Part shown: piece by piece, positions 10,023-18,585 of the stretch | Layout of the letters: each line of letters opens with the position of its first letter | Position numbering within the stretch: the first letter of the stretch is position 1 | IMG/VR virus record: IMGVR_UViG_3300031576_000018 | Coordinates: 1 to 64,000 of that record | Direction: 5' to 3' (one strand) | From: a virus | DNA: 64,000 nt | The notes under the pieces: generated by a model | What the model saw: the letters and a program-made list of their open reading frames with translations, nothing else | The model's database searches: none | Told to the model about the DNA's origin: nothing | Program-made: the position numbers and the translations under genes

Positions 10023-10262
10023 ATGCCTGGACCCGGATATTCTAGTTCACTGAGAACCAACGCACGTATAGGTGGTATGCCTAGCCCTAACTCGTCAACG
10101 TCTCGTATGGACATGGCGAGTGGTTTGGCTATTCAACCTGTAGGACCTAAGAGAATGACACAAGCGGATATGAATAACAGACCCCCAACTATGTTAAATT
10201 CTGCGAATACCTCTCTGGCAGGTTTTATTAAACGCACAGCCATGAAAAATGGTATGCTATAG
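10023..10262 (+). CDS. Small disordered head-module protein
   Basis: GGAGG RBS; between portal and scaffold. Confidence 0.55.
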   Translation: MPGPGYSSSLRTNARIGGMPSPNSSTSRMDMASGLAIQPVGPKRMTQADMNNRPPTMLNSANTSLAGFIKRTAMKNGML

Positions 10263-10289
10263 AAAATTAATTTTAAAGAGGATTTACTT

Positions 10290-11546
10290 ATGACTTTAGA
10301 AGAACTTTTAGCCGCTATTAAGGCTTTGCCAAAATCAGAACAAGCAGAATTAACTAAACACTTACCTACTGGTTTAGTTAAAGATCTGACGAAGACTGCA
10401 AAAGCAGAAGTGCAAACAACTTATGAATCGCAACTTGCCGACCTTCAAAAGCAGAACGCACAACTTAGTAAAGAGATAAAGGGACTTCAAAAGTCAGGTC
10501 AATCTGATGCTCAATCTCAATTGGTACAAAACACGTATCAACAAGCTATGGACCAATTGAGTGGACAGTTTAATACTCAATTTCAGCAGTTACAACAGCA
10601 ACTAAAAATGGCTGAGGTAGCGGCTGCTAAATCAGACGTTATCGCTGAATATGGTTTACCACTAACAATGAAAAATCTTATTCACGGTAACTCTCCTGCT
10701 GAACTTCAAGAGGCTGCTTTGTACGCAACTCAATTCCTCAATGAATTTAAACAATCTCAAGAAGTTGAGTTTGCGAAGAAGCATAATATTACACTTGGTG
10801 AGGCACAGGCAGTTATTGCACAGGCACAAGCACCACAACAACAAGCCCAACAACCTCAACAAACTGCTCAAGTGCAAGCTGTAACACAGCAACAACAAGC
10901 CCAACCAGCAGCAGAGCAACAACAAGCAGCTCCTCTAACGGTTGAACAAATACTGGCTCCTTATGCCCAACAACTTCAACAGATGCAACAACATCAACAG
11001 GTGGACACAGCATCTATGGGTTTGTCAGGCGTAGCTCGTAATACGTTGGATGGGAAAAGTAGTAACCCCTATCAACAATCTCAATATTTAGCCCAACAAA
11101 TTCCACAGAGTATGCAAGTTACCAATCACAATATGCAATCTCCTCAACAAGTTCAACAAACGATGCAACTCTTACAGCAAGCCTTGGCAAATAATCAAGC
11201 TGCACAGGTTAGTACTAATTTACAGCCGTTGATGCAAACCCAGTTTCAACAACAACCTCAACAAGCACCTGCTCAGTTTGATCAAGCCCAGTTAATACAA
11301 TTAGCTCAACAATTGCAACAGGCTCAACAACAACCACAAATGCAACAGCAGGTGAATCCCCTAGCGCCTGTTTTGCCGAACAATGTGATACCTTTTAATT
11401 TGGCTCAAAGTCAACAGTCACAACAGGTTAACTCATCACAGCAATTACAACAAATGCCAATGACTGAGTATAATAAGACTAGGCAAAGTCATTTAAGTGC
11501 GTCTAAACAACGTTTAAATGGTTCACCTAAAGCGTATGGTTATTAA
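10290..11546 (+). CDS. Capsid scaffolding protein, Gln-rich
   Basis: Coiled-coil N-half, LIHGNSPAEL motif, C-terminal MPMTEYNKTR helix; directly upstream of MCP. Confidence 0.7.
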   Translation: MTLEELLAAIKALPKSEQAELTKHLPTGLVKDLTKTAKAEVQTTYESQLADLQKQNAQLSKEIKGLQKSGQSDAQSQLVQNTYQQAMDQLSGQFNTQFQQLQQQLKMAEVAAAKSDVIAEYGLPLTMKNLIHGNSPAELQEAALYATQFLNEFKQSQEVEFAKKHNITLGEAQAVIAQAQAPQQQAQQPQQTAQVQAVTQQQQAQPAAEQQQAAPLTVEQILAPYAQQLQQMQQHQQVDTASMGLSGVARNTLDGKSSNPYQQSQYLAQQIPQSMQVTNHNMQSPQQVQQTMQLLQQALANNQAAQVSTNLQPLMQTQFQQQPQQAPAQFDQAQLIQLAQQLQQAQQQPQMQQQVNPLAPVLPNNVIPFNLAQSQQSQQVNSSQQLQQMPMTEYNKTRQSHLSASKQRLNGSPKAYGY

Positions 11547-11584
11547 ATTTAGCTAAAAAAGTTTAAAAAGGAAATTAAAACAGT

Positions 11585-12643
11585 ATGCCTATTATACAAA
11601 GCGGCTTAGTGGGGCTACAGGCTCCCCCAACGTCACCTAATGTAACATCCGCATTGACAGCTCTAGATATTGTTGTTCACTCCAAAGAGCTGCTTTGGCA
11701 GTCATTACCTAGAATGGAGTTTTTGCAATTTGCTGTGCCTCGTCTAGAGCTGGGCGCACAACCAGGACACACCATTCGATTTATTAAGCACCAGAACATT
11801 AATCGTGGTGGTAAGGTTAAGGAATCAGTTCGGCTTGTAACTAAAGATTATGCAATTGGAACGGTCAACGTCACCGTACATGAATTTGCCAATGCTACTT
11901 CTGTAACCGACTTCTTACTTTTATCTAATCCCTATGACCAGATGGAAGCCATGGTCAAACTGCTTTCAGATGACTATGCAAAAGTTGTTGATGAACATTT
12001 TATTGAAGTTATATACCAAACTACACCCACCGTTATGTTTGGTAACGGCACGGTAGCGTCTAGGGCCGCGCTTGTAGCAGGTAATACATTTACTACGGCT
12101 ACAGTTCGCTATGCAGTTACGCTAGCAGCCAAAAAACTCATTCCCATGTTCACACAGCCCCGTATGGACGGTGGAGGAATGACCTCGTTTTATATCTGCT
12201 TTGTAACACAAGAGCAGTGTAAGACTTTGATGGAAGACTCAGCCTGGACAGATGCCTCATTATATGCTGGTGCTGTTCAAATATTTACCGGAGAAGTCGG
12301 CATGTACTACGGTGTTAGGTTTATTAAAACCACTCAAACGCCTATTATAAAAGCTGCGACTGGAAATATTATCGTTAGTGGCTATGATTTAACTTCCAAC
12401 AAACCCCTAGAGTTCCCTGCTGGATTTAGTGTAGCTGCTCATGCCACGCTCGATGTCCATGCCGCCTGTCTCTTTGGAGACTATGTTTATGCAATCGCTG
12501 AAGGTATGCCTGTTGGTATTTACACCAACGGTATCTTAGACTTTGGTAGAGAGCATGACTTGGCTTGGCGCTCAGTTATGGGGGCTGCTCTATTAAATAA
12601 TGACCGAATTATAGTAATAGAAACGGCACAAACAACAATTTAA
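11585..12643 (+). CDS. Major capsid protein (N4-gp56-like family)
   Basis: SKELLWQSLPRMEFLQFA...ELGAQPGHTIRF, GEVGMYYGVRFIKTT, DFGREHDLAW. Confidence 0.88.
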   Translation: MPIIQSGLVGLQAPPTSPNVTSALTALDIVVHSKELLWQSLPRMEFLQFAVPRLELGAQPGHTIRFIKHQNINRGGKVKESVRLVTKDYAIGTVNVTVHEFANATSVTDFLLLSNPYDQMEAMVKLLSDDYAKVVDEHFIEVIYQTTPTVMFGNGTVASRAALVAGNTFTTATVRYAVTLAAKKLIPMFTQPRMDGGGMTSFYICFVTQEQCKTLMEDSAWTDASLYAGAVQIFTGEVGMYYGVRFIKTTQTPIIKAATGNIIVSGYDLTSNKPLEFPAGFSVAAHATLDVHAACLFGDYVYAIAEGMPVGIYTNGILDFGREHDLAWRSVMGAALLNNDRIIVIETAQTTI

Positions 12644-12667
12644 TAATTAGTTAAGAAGGAAATACCG

Positions 12668-13282
12668 ATGTCCAGAAAAACCAGAAGTTTAGTAACTAAT
12701 CACTCTCCGGTAACGGGGTTGGAACAAGTGATCGCTGAGAATGAGGATAAGACGAGGGAAGCCTTGGCAGAAGCCTTTGAACAGCAGTCTACTTCTTCCG
12801 CAGCAAGAAAGCAGTTTCCAACACCGGAGGCGGCTATGCAGAGTGCAGAGGAAAAGTTGTCAGATGACCTGCCAGCTATTTTTACTGATTCTGATTTGAT
12901 ACAAGAAGAGTCTGGTCTGGTATCGGAATTTCCTCCTCCTGACGAAATGGATGCGAGACACCTCAAAGCCTATATCGAAGAACTTCACGCTAAACTTAAT
13001 GAAACCAATGAAGAGCTTAAAGCTGAAAAAACAAAGAAGTTAATGGAAGCTAACAAAGCCCTTTATGCTGATTTCATTGCCCAAGAAGATCAGGTTATGT
13101 CTATTGTTAGCACACAACAAGGTTTTCATGTCTGGGGTAATAAGAGTATTAAGTTTGAGCAAAACAAAGTTTATCACAACGTACCCGAACCTATGGCTAT
13201 GCGTTTGATTAAAGGGGATGCTGCTCTACCCTACGGTCAGGCGATTGGAATGACAAGACGTATAGGTGCGGGAGTAGGCTAA
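12668..13282 (+). CDS. Hypothetical head-associated protein
   Basis: Follows MCP; acidic N-part, FEQNKVYHNVPEPMA C-part. Confidence 0.55.
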   Translation: MSRKTRSLVTNHSPVTGLEQVIAENEDKTREALAEAFEQQSTSSAARKQFPTPEAAMQSAEEKLSDDLPAIFTDSDLIQEESGLVSEFPPPDEMDARHLKAYIEELHAKLNETNEELKAEKTKKLMEANKALYADFIAQEDQVMSIVSTQQGFHVWGNKSIKFEQNKVYHNVPEPMAMRLIKGDAALPYGQAIGMTRRIGAGVG

Positions 13283-13915
13283 GTGCTAACCTTTGATTTG
13301 GTTAAAAGTTTTGTAGATGGGCTAACAGGTACAGACGTACCGGCGGCTCAAATAAATCTTTTAATTCAGAATCATTCTAAAGAGGTGGTAGATAACTTAG
13401 CTTTAGACGGTAGGAACTTAGGACCTACGATGACGCTCTTTAAACTAGCTAAGGAACCGATTCAAGACAACTCCCTTACACTCTATCGAAATGACGATCC
13501 TCAATTTATTATTGACCCTCTTAACGTAATTCCTGTTATTGTGTACGATCATACAACAGGTTTACCGGCTATACCAGCTAACCAAGCTGGTTTAGACGCA
13601 GGGGGTAATGTTTTAAGACTAGCCGAGTTATTCGATTCCACAACGGAGTACATTATTGCCCAGTACTATGCGGTTGATTTAAACGCCATAGAAACAGACG
13701 TTCTATTCAAGTTAGGTATCCACAATCGAATAACCAAGGAAGACCGCTCAAATGTCAAAATAACGAGGATGAGCCATATTGATATGCTGGTGGCAAAAGG
13801 TAAAATCGCTCAATCTCAATTATCTACCGGCTCAGAAGTGGAAGTACAAACCGCTACAAGGGAATCGCTAGGACGTACATTTGGCATAAGAGGTACGGAT
13901 GGCAACAGTTGGTAA
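13283..13915 (+). CDS. Putative head-tail adaptor
   Basis: Synteny and size. Confidence 0.45.
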   Translation: MLTFDLVKSFVDGLTGTDVPAAQINLLIQNHSKEVVDNLALDGRNLGPTMTLFKLAKEPIQDNSLTLYRNDDPQFIIDPLNVIPVIVYDHTTGLPAIPANQAGLDAGGNVLRLAELFDSTTEYIIAQYYAVDLNAIETDVLFKLGIHNRITKEDRSNVKITRMSHIDMLVAKGKIAQSQLSTGSEVEVQTATRESLGRTFGIRGTDGNSW

Positions 13916-14336
13916 TCCATGGGCGCAAGGTAGATGGCAAGATTTTTCAGATATCCTAGACAATCCAGAAGAAAATTTCAGGTATTCAATTTATCGTCCC
14001 TTTTCTACTTACGATGAAACCAGAGCTGCAATAGAGCGCACTGTTACGGTTGTCACGGCAGAAGTTGGTATGTGGATATATCCCCAAGAACTAATTAAGA
14101 TTCAAACTCATGATGGAAAGATAGTTAACACGGATGTTATTTTCTTGGTTAAACCCAGGGTAGATGTTTTGCAGAACGACTATATCGAGCGTTTAGGTAG
14201 GGATAGAATCCTTTATCGTGTAGGTGGAATTAACGACCTGCTCTCTCACAAAGAACTTTTTTGTTATCGACCTGACCAAGATTTCCAAGGCTTAGATAAC
14301 TCCGTAGGCACAGAAATAAACGCCTTTGTCATATAA
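13899..14336 (+). CDS. Putative head closure/stopper protein
   Basis: DVLQNDYI...YRVGGI beta-barrel pattern; synteny. Confidence 0.55.
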   Translation: MATVGNPWAQGRWQDFSDILDNPEENFRYSIYRPFSTYDETRAAIERTVTVVTAEVGMWIYPQELIKIQTHDGKIVNTDVIFLVKPRVDVLQNDYIERLGRDRILYRVGGINDLLSHKELFCYRPDQDFQGLDNSVGTEINAFVI

Positions 14337-15115
14337 TGGCAAAACCTAAGCGATTTGGAATAAGTATCGACCCTGATATTACCAAAGAGGCTGTTAAAGA
14401 AATTGAACGTGTTGCTAAAAAAAGTTTTCGAGAAGATTTATTGAAAAAACTCGCTAAAAGTCAGAAGGAAATATTAGACAACGTAGGAGAAGCAGCTATA
14501 CAATCTATTTCTGACGGAGGTACAAAAGTCATCATCGATCCTGAAACACCTGCTAGTGACTTTAGAGTGTACAACGAACCTGCTGGGGCTAGAAGATTTT
14601 CTGATTTAACGGGAGAATCCGCCAAAGCTATTCGGTATCGAGTAGCAGCACAAAGAGGGGCTATAGGCAGGTTTTCTACTAGCCTTACTTTAACGTGGGG
14701 ACCAGTGATAGTTGACGTGGGTTTTGTACACAACAGAGTGAAGAGAGCCGAAGGAGGTATAGAGGGGACGGGGAAAAAGTTAGTGAGGAAAAGGCAATTG
14801 TCTGGTTCAGAGGATAAAGTTAGGATGCTTGAGGAAGGCAGCACTTTTCATCAAGTTAGCAAAAGCCCGTTTGTAGATTTAGAAGGTGTTACGCACGCTA
14901 GGGGTTTTTATCCGTTAGAGGGGTTTGTAAAACACAACCAAGACCCAGTAACTGAAGCCTTTTTTAATGAGGTTAACAAAAATATTTTCGATGTACTCGA
15001 TAAATTAGAAGAGCAATTCAGAGCAAGTAAATCTTCTAAAAGCGTCAAGAAGCCTTCAAGAGGGCGCACTACTATAAAAGGTACACAAAAGAAAGCGGGT
15101 ATGGGTACAAAATAA
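14336..15115 (+). CDS. Putative tail completion/neck protein (HK97 gp10-like)
   Basis: Basic, MLEEGS motif, synteny. Confidence 0.45.
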   Translation: MAKPKRFGISIDPDITKEAVKEIERVAKKSFREDLLKKLAKSQKEILDNVGEAAIQSISDGGTKVIIDPETPASDFRVYNEPAGARRFSDLTGESAKAIRYRVAAQRGAIGRFSTSLTLTWGPVIVDVGFVHNRVKRAEGGIEGTGKKLVRKRQLSGSEDKVRMLEEGSTFHQVSKSPFVDLEGVTHARGFYPLEGFVKHNQDPVTEAFFNEVNKNIFDVLDKLEEQFRASKSSKSVKKPSRGRTTIKGTQKKAGMGTK

Positions 15116-15573
15116 TGGACAACGTAGTCAAAGAGTTATTTAAAACGATTACCAATAAAATTATCACTGATGGCGAAGAAGTAAATTCCCTACTTTCTTT
15201 AGTTGACTCGGCTCAATTTCACAATCCTAAATTTTTTACACAGTTTGATGCCAAGGAAGTTTATACGCAAAACTTACCTCGTTTAACTTATAGAGGTGTG
15301 TCAGAGCCTAGCGTTGGGGATAAGCATTCTTTATTATTCTTTGCCAATATCTATTCTAAAGATTATAATCTAAATGGGGCTATTGGTTTAAGACTCGACT
15401 ACTTACTGATTAAACCGTACGTAGAAAGAAACTTGAGACTTAAGAGAATGTTTCCTCTCTTAAGTAATATAGGAAAAATTTCGAGAGCTGAATCAGATAA
15501 AGAAGCCTATTACCAGGAAACGCACGAACGTGTAATAAAATATAGAATACTGTTTGTAGAGAAAGGAGCCTAA
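15115..15573 (+). CDS. Putative tail terminator
   Basis: LPRLTY, NIYS patterns; immediately before tail tube. Confidence 0.5.
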   Translation: MDNVVKELFKTITNKIITDGEEVNSLLSLVDSAQFHNPKFFTQFDAKEVYTQNLPRLTYRGVSEPSVGDKHSLLFFANIYSKDYNLNGAIGLRLDYLLIKPYVERNLRLKRMFPLLSNIGKISRAESDKEAYYQETHERVIKYRILFVEKGA

Positions 15574-15574
15574 A

Positions 15575-16774
15575 ATGGCTAGCCCTACTGTTAGAAAAAT
15601 GACCAATATTGTTGGTGCGCTTCCTATAGGTTCAACAAGTGTATCTGTTACAGATTCAACAGAACTAGATTTAAACGCCTCTTTGGACTTTGGGGCATAT
15701 AATGGAAACGCCGTTGCTGTAGGGGATATCATTCAGCTTGTTAACCCAGCAGATCCTGGCGGTGTTAGAAATAGATTTCGAGTGGATGTCATTACACCCG
15801 GCGGTGTAGGTGCTCCAGATATTATCACTTTTGATACAACCGGACCCACTCTCACCTCGACCAGCGTTGTCTATCCAGACGGTTCAATCGTAGAGAGGCT
15901 GTCAGCAAAGCAAAACAACGCGGCTTGGACAGCACAAGCAGATGCCATAGTTGAACCAGGAACCTTGATAGAGGGTTTACATTATCAATTTAATCACGGC
16001 TCTGGATTAGTTCGTTTTACCGATGCCTTTATCGCCACAGGCTCTTTATGGAGTGTCTTGTTTGACTATAAATCAGCTTCAGGTAGAGAAGTTAACTTAG
16101 GTAAACGTCAACCCAACTTAGAGTTCCAAGTGAGATTAGAGCATTACTTCCCAGGTGTTGGTGCAAGCGGAAACAGAAAATTAATTACCACACTGCATAA
16201 GTGTGAGGTTACTCCTGAAAACCCAAACATGGACTTCAACGCAGACGATTGGATAGCACCAGAATTTACTATTGCCTGTTTAGAGTCTTCAGACCCTGCC
16301 CATGTTAACAACCCATTTGGTAAGGTTTTTGTTGAAAATAATCCAGTTAACTTGCTACCTTACTCTCAGTACAACACCGAGAACTATTCAGTCGGTGTAT
16401 TTGATATGTTCCTTACCCCGCTAAGTGCTGCGACAGCCATTGCCCGCAACTTACCACAAACTGGTTTCTATGTTGGTAACGTAGTCACAGGCGGTATTGA
16501 AGCGGTTAACGAGTTCTTAGACCACTTCAGGGGCGTTCCTAAGAAACGTGATAAACGGATTCTTATCCAACAAGAGTTTAATGTTAACGCAACCATAGAC
16601 GAATTGACTGCGGTTAACTTAGCCATTCTCTTTAATGGGGACATTACCGATTTAAGCTCCTTAACTCCTGTCAACGCACAAGGCACCGTAACTGTTCCAC
16701 CTGACCAGTTTGTACCAGGTGACTATGTGTATGTATGGGTTCCACTAGGCTATATTTTTATCAACCCAAGTTAA
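15575..16774 (+). CDS. Major tail (tube) protein, apparently circularly permuted
   Basis: Tube motifs NYSVG, YVGN, EFLDH, NLAILFNG and DDWIAPEF; followed by terminator. Confidence 0.75.
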   Translation: MASPTVRKMTNIVGALPIGSTSVSVTDSTELDLNASLDFGAYNGNAVAVGDIIQLVNPADPGGVRNRFRVDVITPGGVGAPDIITFDTTGPTLTSTSVVYPDGSIVERLSAKQNNAAWTAQADAIVEPGTLIEGLHYQFNHGSGLVRFTDAFIATGSLWSVLFDYKSASGREVNLGKRQPNLEFQVRLEHYFPGVGASGNRKLITTLHKCEVTPENPNMDFNADDWIAPEFTIACLESSDPAHVNNPFGKVFVENNPVNLLPYSQYNTENYSVGVFDMFLTPLSAATAIARNLPQTGFYVGNVVTGGIEAVNEFLDHFRGVPKKRDKRILIQQEFNVNATIDELTAVNLAILFNGDITDLSSLTPVNAQGTVTVPPDQFVPGDYVYVWVPLGYIFINPS

Positions 16775-16792
16775 AGGGCTAGATCTTTATGT

Positions 16793-16822
16793 ACGGGCGG
16801 TAATAACACCGCCTGTTTTTTT
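16793..16822 (+). terminator. Intrinsic terminator after tail tube gene
   Basis: ACGGGCGGT-AATAAC-ACCGCCTGT-TTTTTT. Confidence 0.8.
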
Positions 16823-16837
16823 AGGAGGTTACTATAC

Positions 16838-17254
16838 ATGGATCTATCACACATTGACCTGAACGCCGTGTTGTCCAATATTGGAATAGCACTGGGTTAC
16901 ATAGCTGGTGCAATCGGGGTGGCTATAACTGCGGCTAAATACTACGTAGATAAAGAGTCTAAGGAACCAATGGAGGCGTTAAAAAAGAGTTTACTGGATC
17001 TTCAACAAAAGGAAGAAGAAGCCAGAAAGGTATTTAAGGAAGAAATTCATGCTGAGTTTAAAAAGAATGATAGTGAGCAGAAAAAGTTTCTTGAAAAGGT
17101 GCAACAACTACTTTTAGATAATGCAACAAGTAGAAAGGATGTGGAGGCATTACAAGAGAAGTTTAATCATATTAGGCAACATCACAGCGGGTTGGACACA
17201 CGAATAAATGATATAGACAAGCGTGTTTTTCATATGGAACAGAAGGGAAAGTGA
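16838..17254 (+). CDS. Single-TM coiled-coil membrane protein (holin-like)
   Basis: N-terminal hydrophobic helix IGIALGYIAGAIGVAITAA then coiled coil; AGGAGG RBS. Confidence 0.55.
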   Translation: MDLSHIDLNAVLSNIGIALGYIAGAIGVAITAAKYYVDKESKEPMEALKKSLLDLQQKEEEARKVFKEEIHAEFKKNDSEQKKFLEKVQQLLLDNATSRKDVEALQEKFNHIRQHHSGLDTRINDIDKRVFHMEQKGK

Positions 17255-17620
17255 GCTATTTGTACGATTTTACTAGTTGACCCACACCCCCGAATGTCTG
17301 TATCTTTACAAAAGTAGTTGACAAGTTGGGGTTATAACGTGTGTGGTGTTTTTTCCCTAAAGGACGCTTTGGCTGTTCTGTCTGAACCTATTTCAATTAA
17401 CTTTTTAATTACTGAGTTTTGGCTAGAGGACACATTTAGAGCAAGCGACCTTCTTTTTAACCCACTCTTCCTCTGTGGTGAAATTCCAGAGGTGTGCTTA
17501 ACATTAGAATATCGCTCTTCGGTATTACAACCTCTGAGAAACAGAGGAATTAAAGTGTACAAGAAATTCATAGATATGGCTAAACTTAGAAAAGAACTCG
17601 ATAAGCATCTCATGTTATAA
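17251..17620 (+). pseudogene. Disrupted response-regulator receiver (REC-like) domain
   Basis: TILLVD...SLQK*LTSWGYNV...LKDALAVL...FLITE...CLT...YKKFID; TAG at 17315 plus upstream TGA or frameshift. Confidence 0.55.
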
Positions 17621-17621
17621 T
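17613..17621 (+). promoter_or_regulatory. Extended -10 promoter upstream of tail chaperone/tape measure
   Basis: TGTTATAAT followed by leader with GAGG RBS. Confidence 0.5.
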
Positions 17622-17653
17622 GAGCCTAATTTAAAAGCGAGGAATACCTATCC

Positions 17654-18238
17654 ATGGCGATCAAACGTGAGACCCTAGAAAAGAAGTCAGATTTAAAAAA
17701 GACAGAGGAAGACACTTATCTTGAAGAGGTTATAAAAGAGCAGGAAGTAAAGTTGGTGGGTGGCCACACGTTTGTGTTAAAGCAGTTAGGCTATAAACCA
17801 CAAAAGCGGGTGATGGACATTATTGGACGAATTTTTAAAGAGTGTAAGGAAGAGCTCACTATCTGGCTAGACGAATATAAAAAAGAACGAGAAGAGTTGA
17901 ACAAACTTATTCGAGAGGAAAACAACAATATTGTTGAGACCAATAAAGCGTTGATCACCTCAGGAAACGCCGTAGACCTCTTGGAAGCAAAAGCCTTCAT
18001 AACCAATATTGACGTACGTGTTCTTTTCATCGAAAACTTAGATTTGTTTATTGATAAATGCCCAGACGCCGTTGGGGATGTGGTGAAGATGGCGGGCGGA
18101 AAAGACGATCAATTCTTAGAGGAAGCCTTACCAGCCTCAATTATTTATCTCTTTCGGAGGATCGTAGAGATCAATTTTTTAGCAAGCGGCTATCTCGAAC
18201 AGATCGGAAAGCTCCTAAACGCTATGCCAACAGCATAA
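17654..18238 (+). CDS. Tail assembly chaperone (gpG-like)
   Basis: Between tube and tape measure; slippery heptamer near 3' end. Confidence 0.75.
   Translation: MAIKRETLEKKSDLKKTEEDTYLEEVIKEQEVKLVGGHTFVLKQLGYKPQKRVMDIIGRIFKECKEELTIWLDEYKKEREELNKLIREENNNIVETNKALITSGNAVDLLEAKAFITNIDVRVLFIENLDLFIDKCPDAVGDVVKMAGGKDDQFLEEALPASIIYLFRRIVEINFLASGYLEQIGKLLNAMPTA
18175..18181 (+). other. Programmed -1 frameshift site T TTT TTA
   Basis: In-frame X XXY YYZ heptamer; -1 frame open to 18585. Confidence 0.7.
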
Positions 18239-18585
18239 AGTTCAAGGGACGCAATAATGGTAGGCAAGGAGATAAAAATCTGGGTTGGGGAGACGTGGTA
18301 ACCTACCTTGCACGTAATGGGTTTGGCACGGAAGAGCATCTGTTAGAAAACATGTCTAAAGACGCTATGCTCTATTACTATGAGAAGTGTCACGAACAGC
18401 AAATGAAAGAATTGGCTCAGAGCATGAATGCTAATCGCACGGCATACCACGCTAACAAGCAAGACTTTAAGAAAGCGTATAATAAACTCAGTGACTTGAA
18501 AAAAGATGCTCAAGCCACACCCAATAAGTTTATGCAAATGTTAGGAGGTGTTCAGAGTGGCTCTGGGGATAAAGATAGGTCTTGA
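18178..18585 (+). CDS. Frameshift extension of tail chaperone (gpGT-like, about 310 aa fusion)
   Basis: -1 frame ORF overlapping chaperone and ending just inside tape measure gene. Confidence 0.7.
   Translation, partial: FSKRLSRTDRKAPKRYANSIKFKGRNNGRQGDKNLGWGDVVTYLARNGFGTEEHLLENMSKDAMLYYYEKCHEQQMKELAQSMNANRTAYHANKQDFKKAYNKLSDLKKDAQATPNKFMQMLGGVQSGSGDKDRS

Noticed and set aside
18058-18177. Independent start of the 175-aa ORF at 18058
   Set aside because: No RBS and deep overlap with the chaperone gene; better explained by the -1 frameshift
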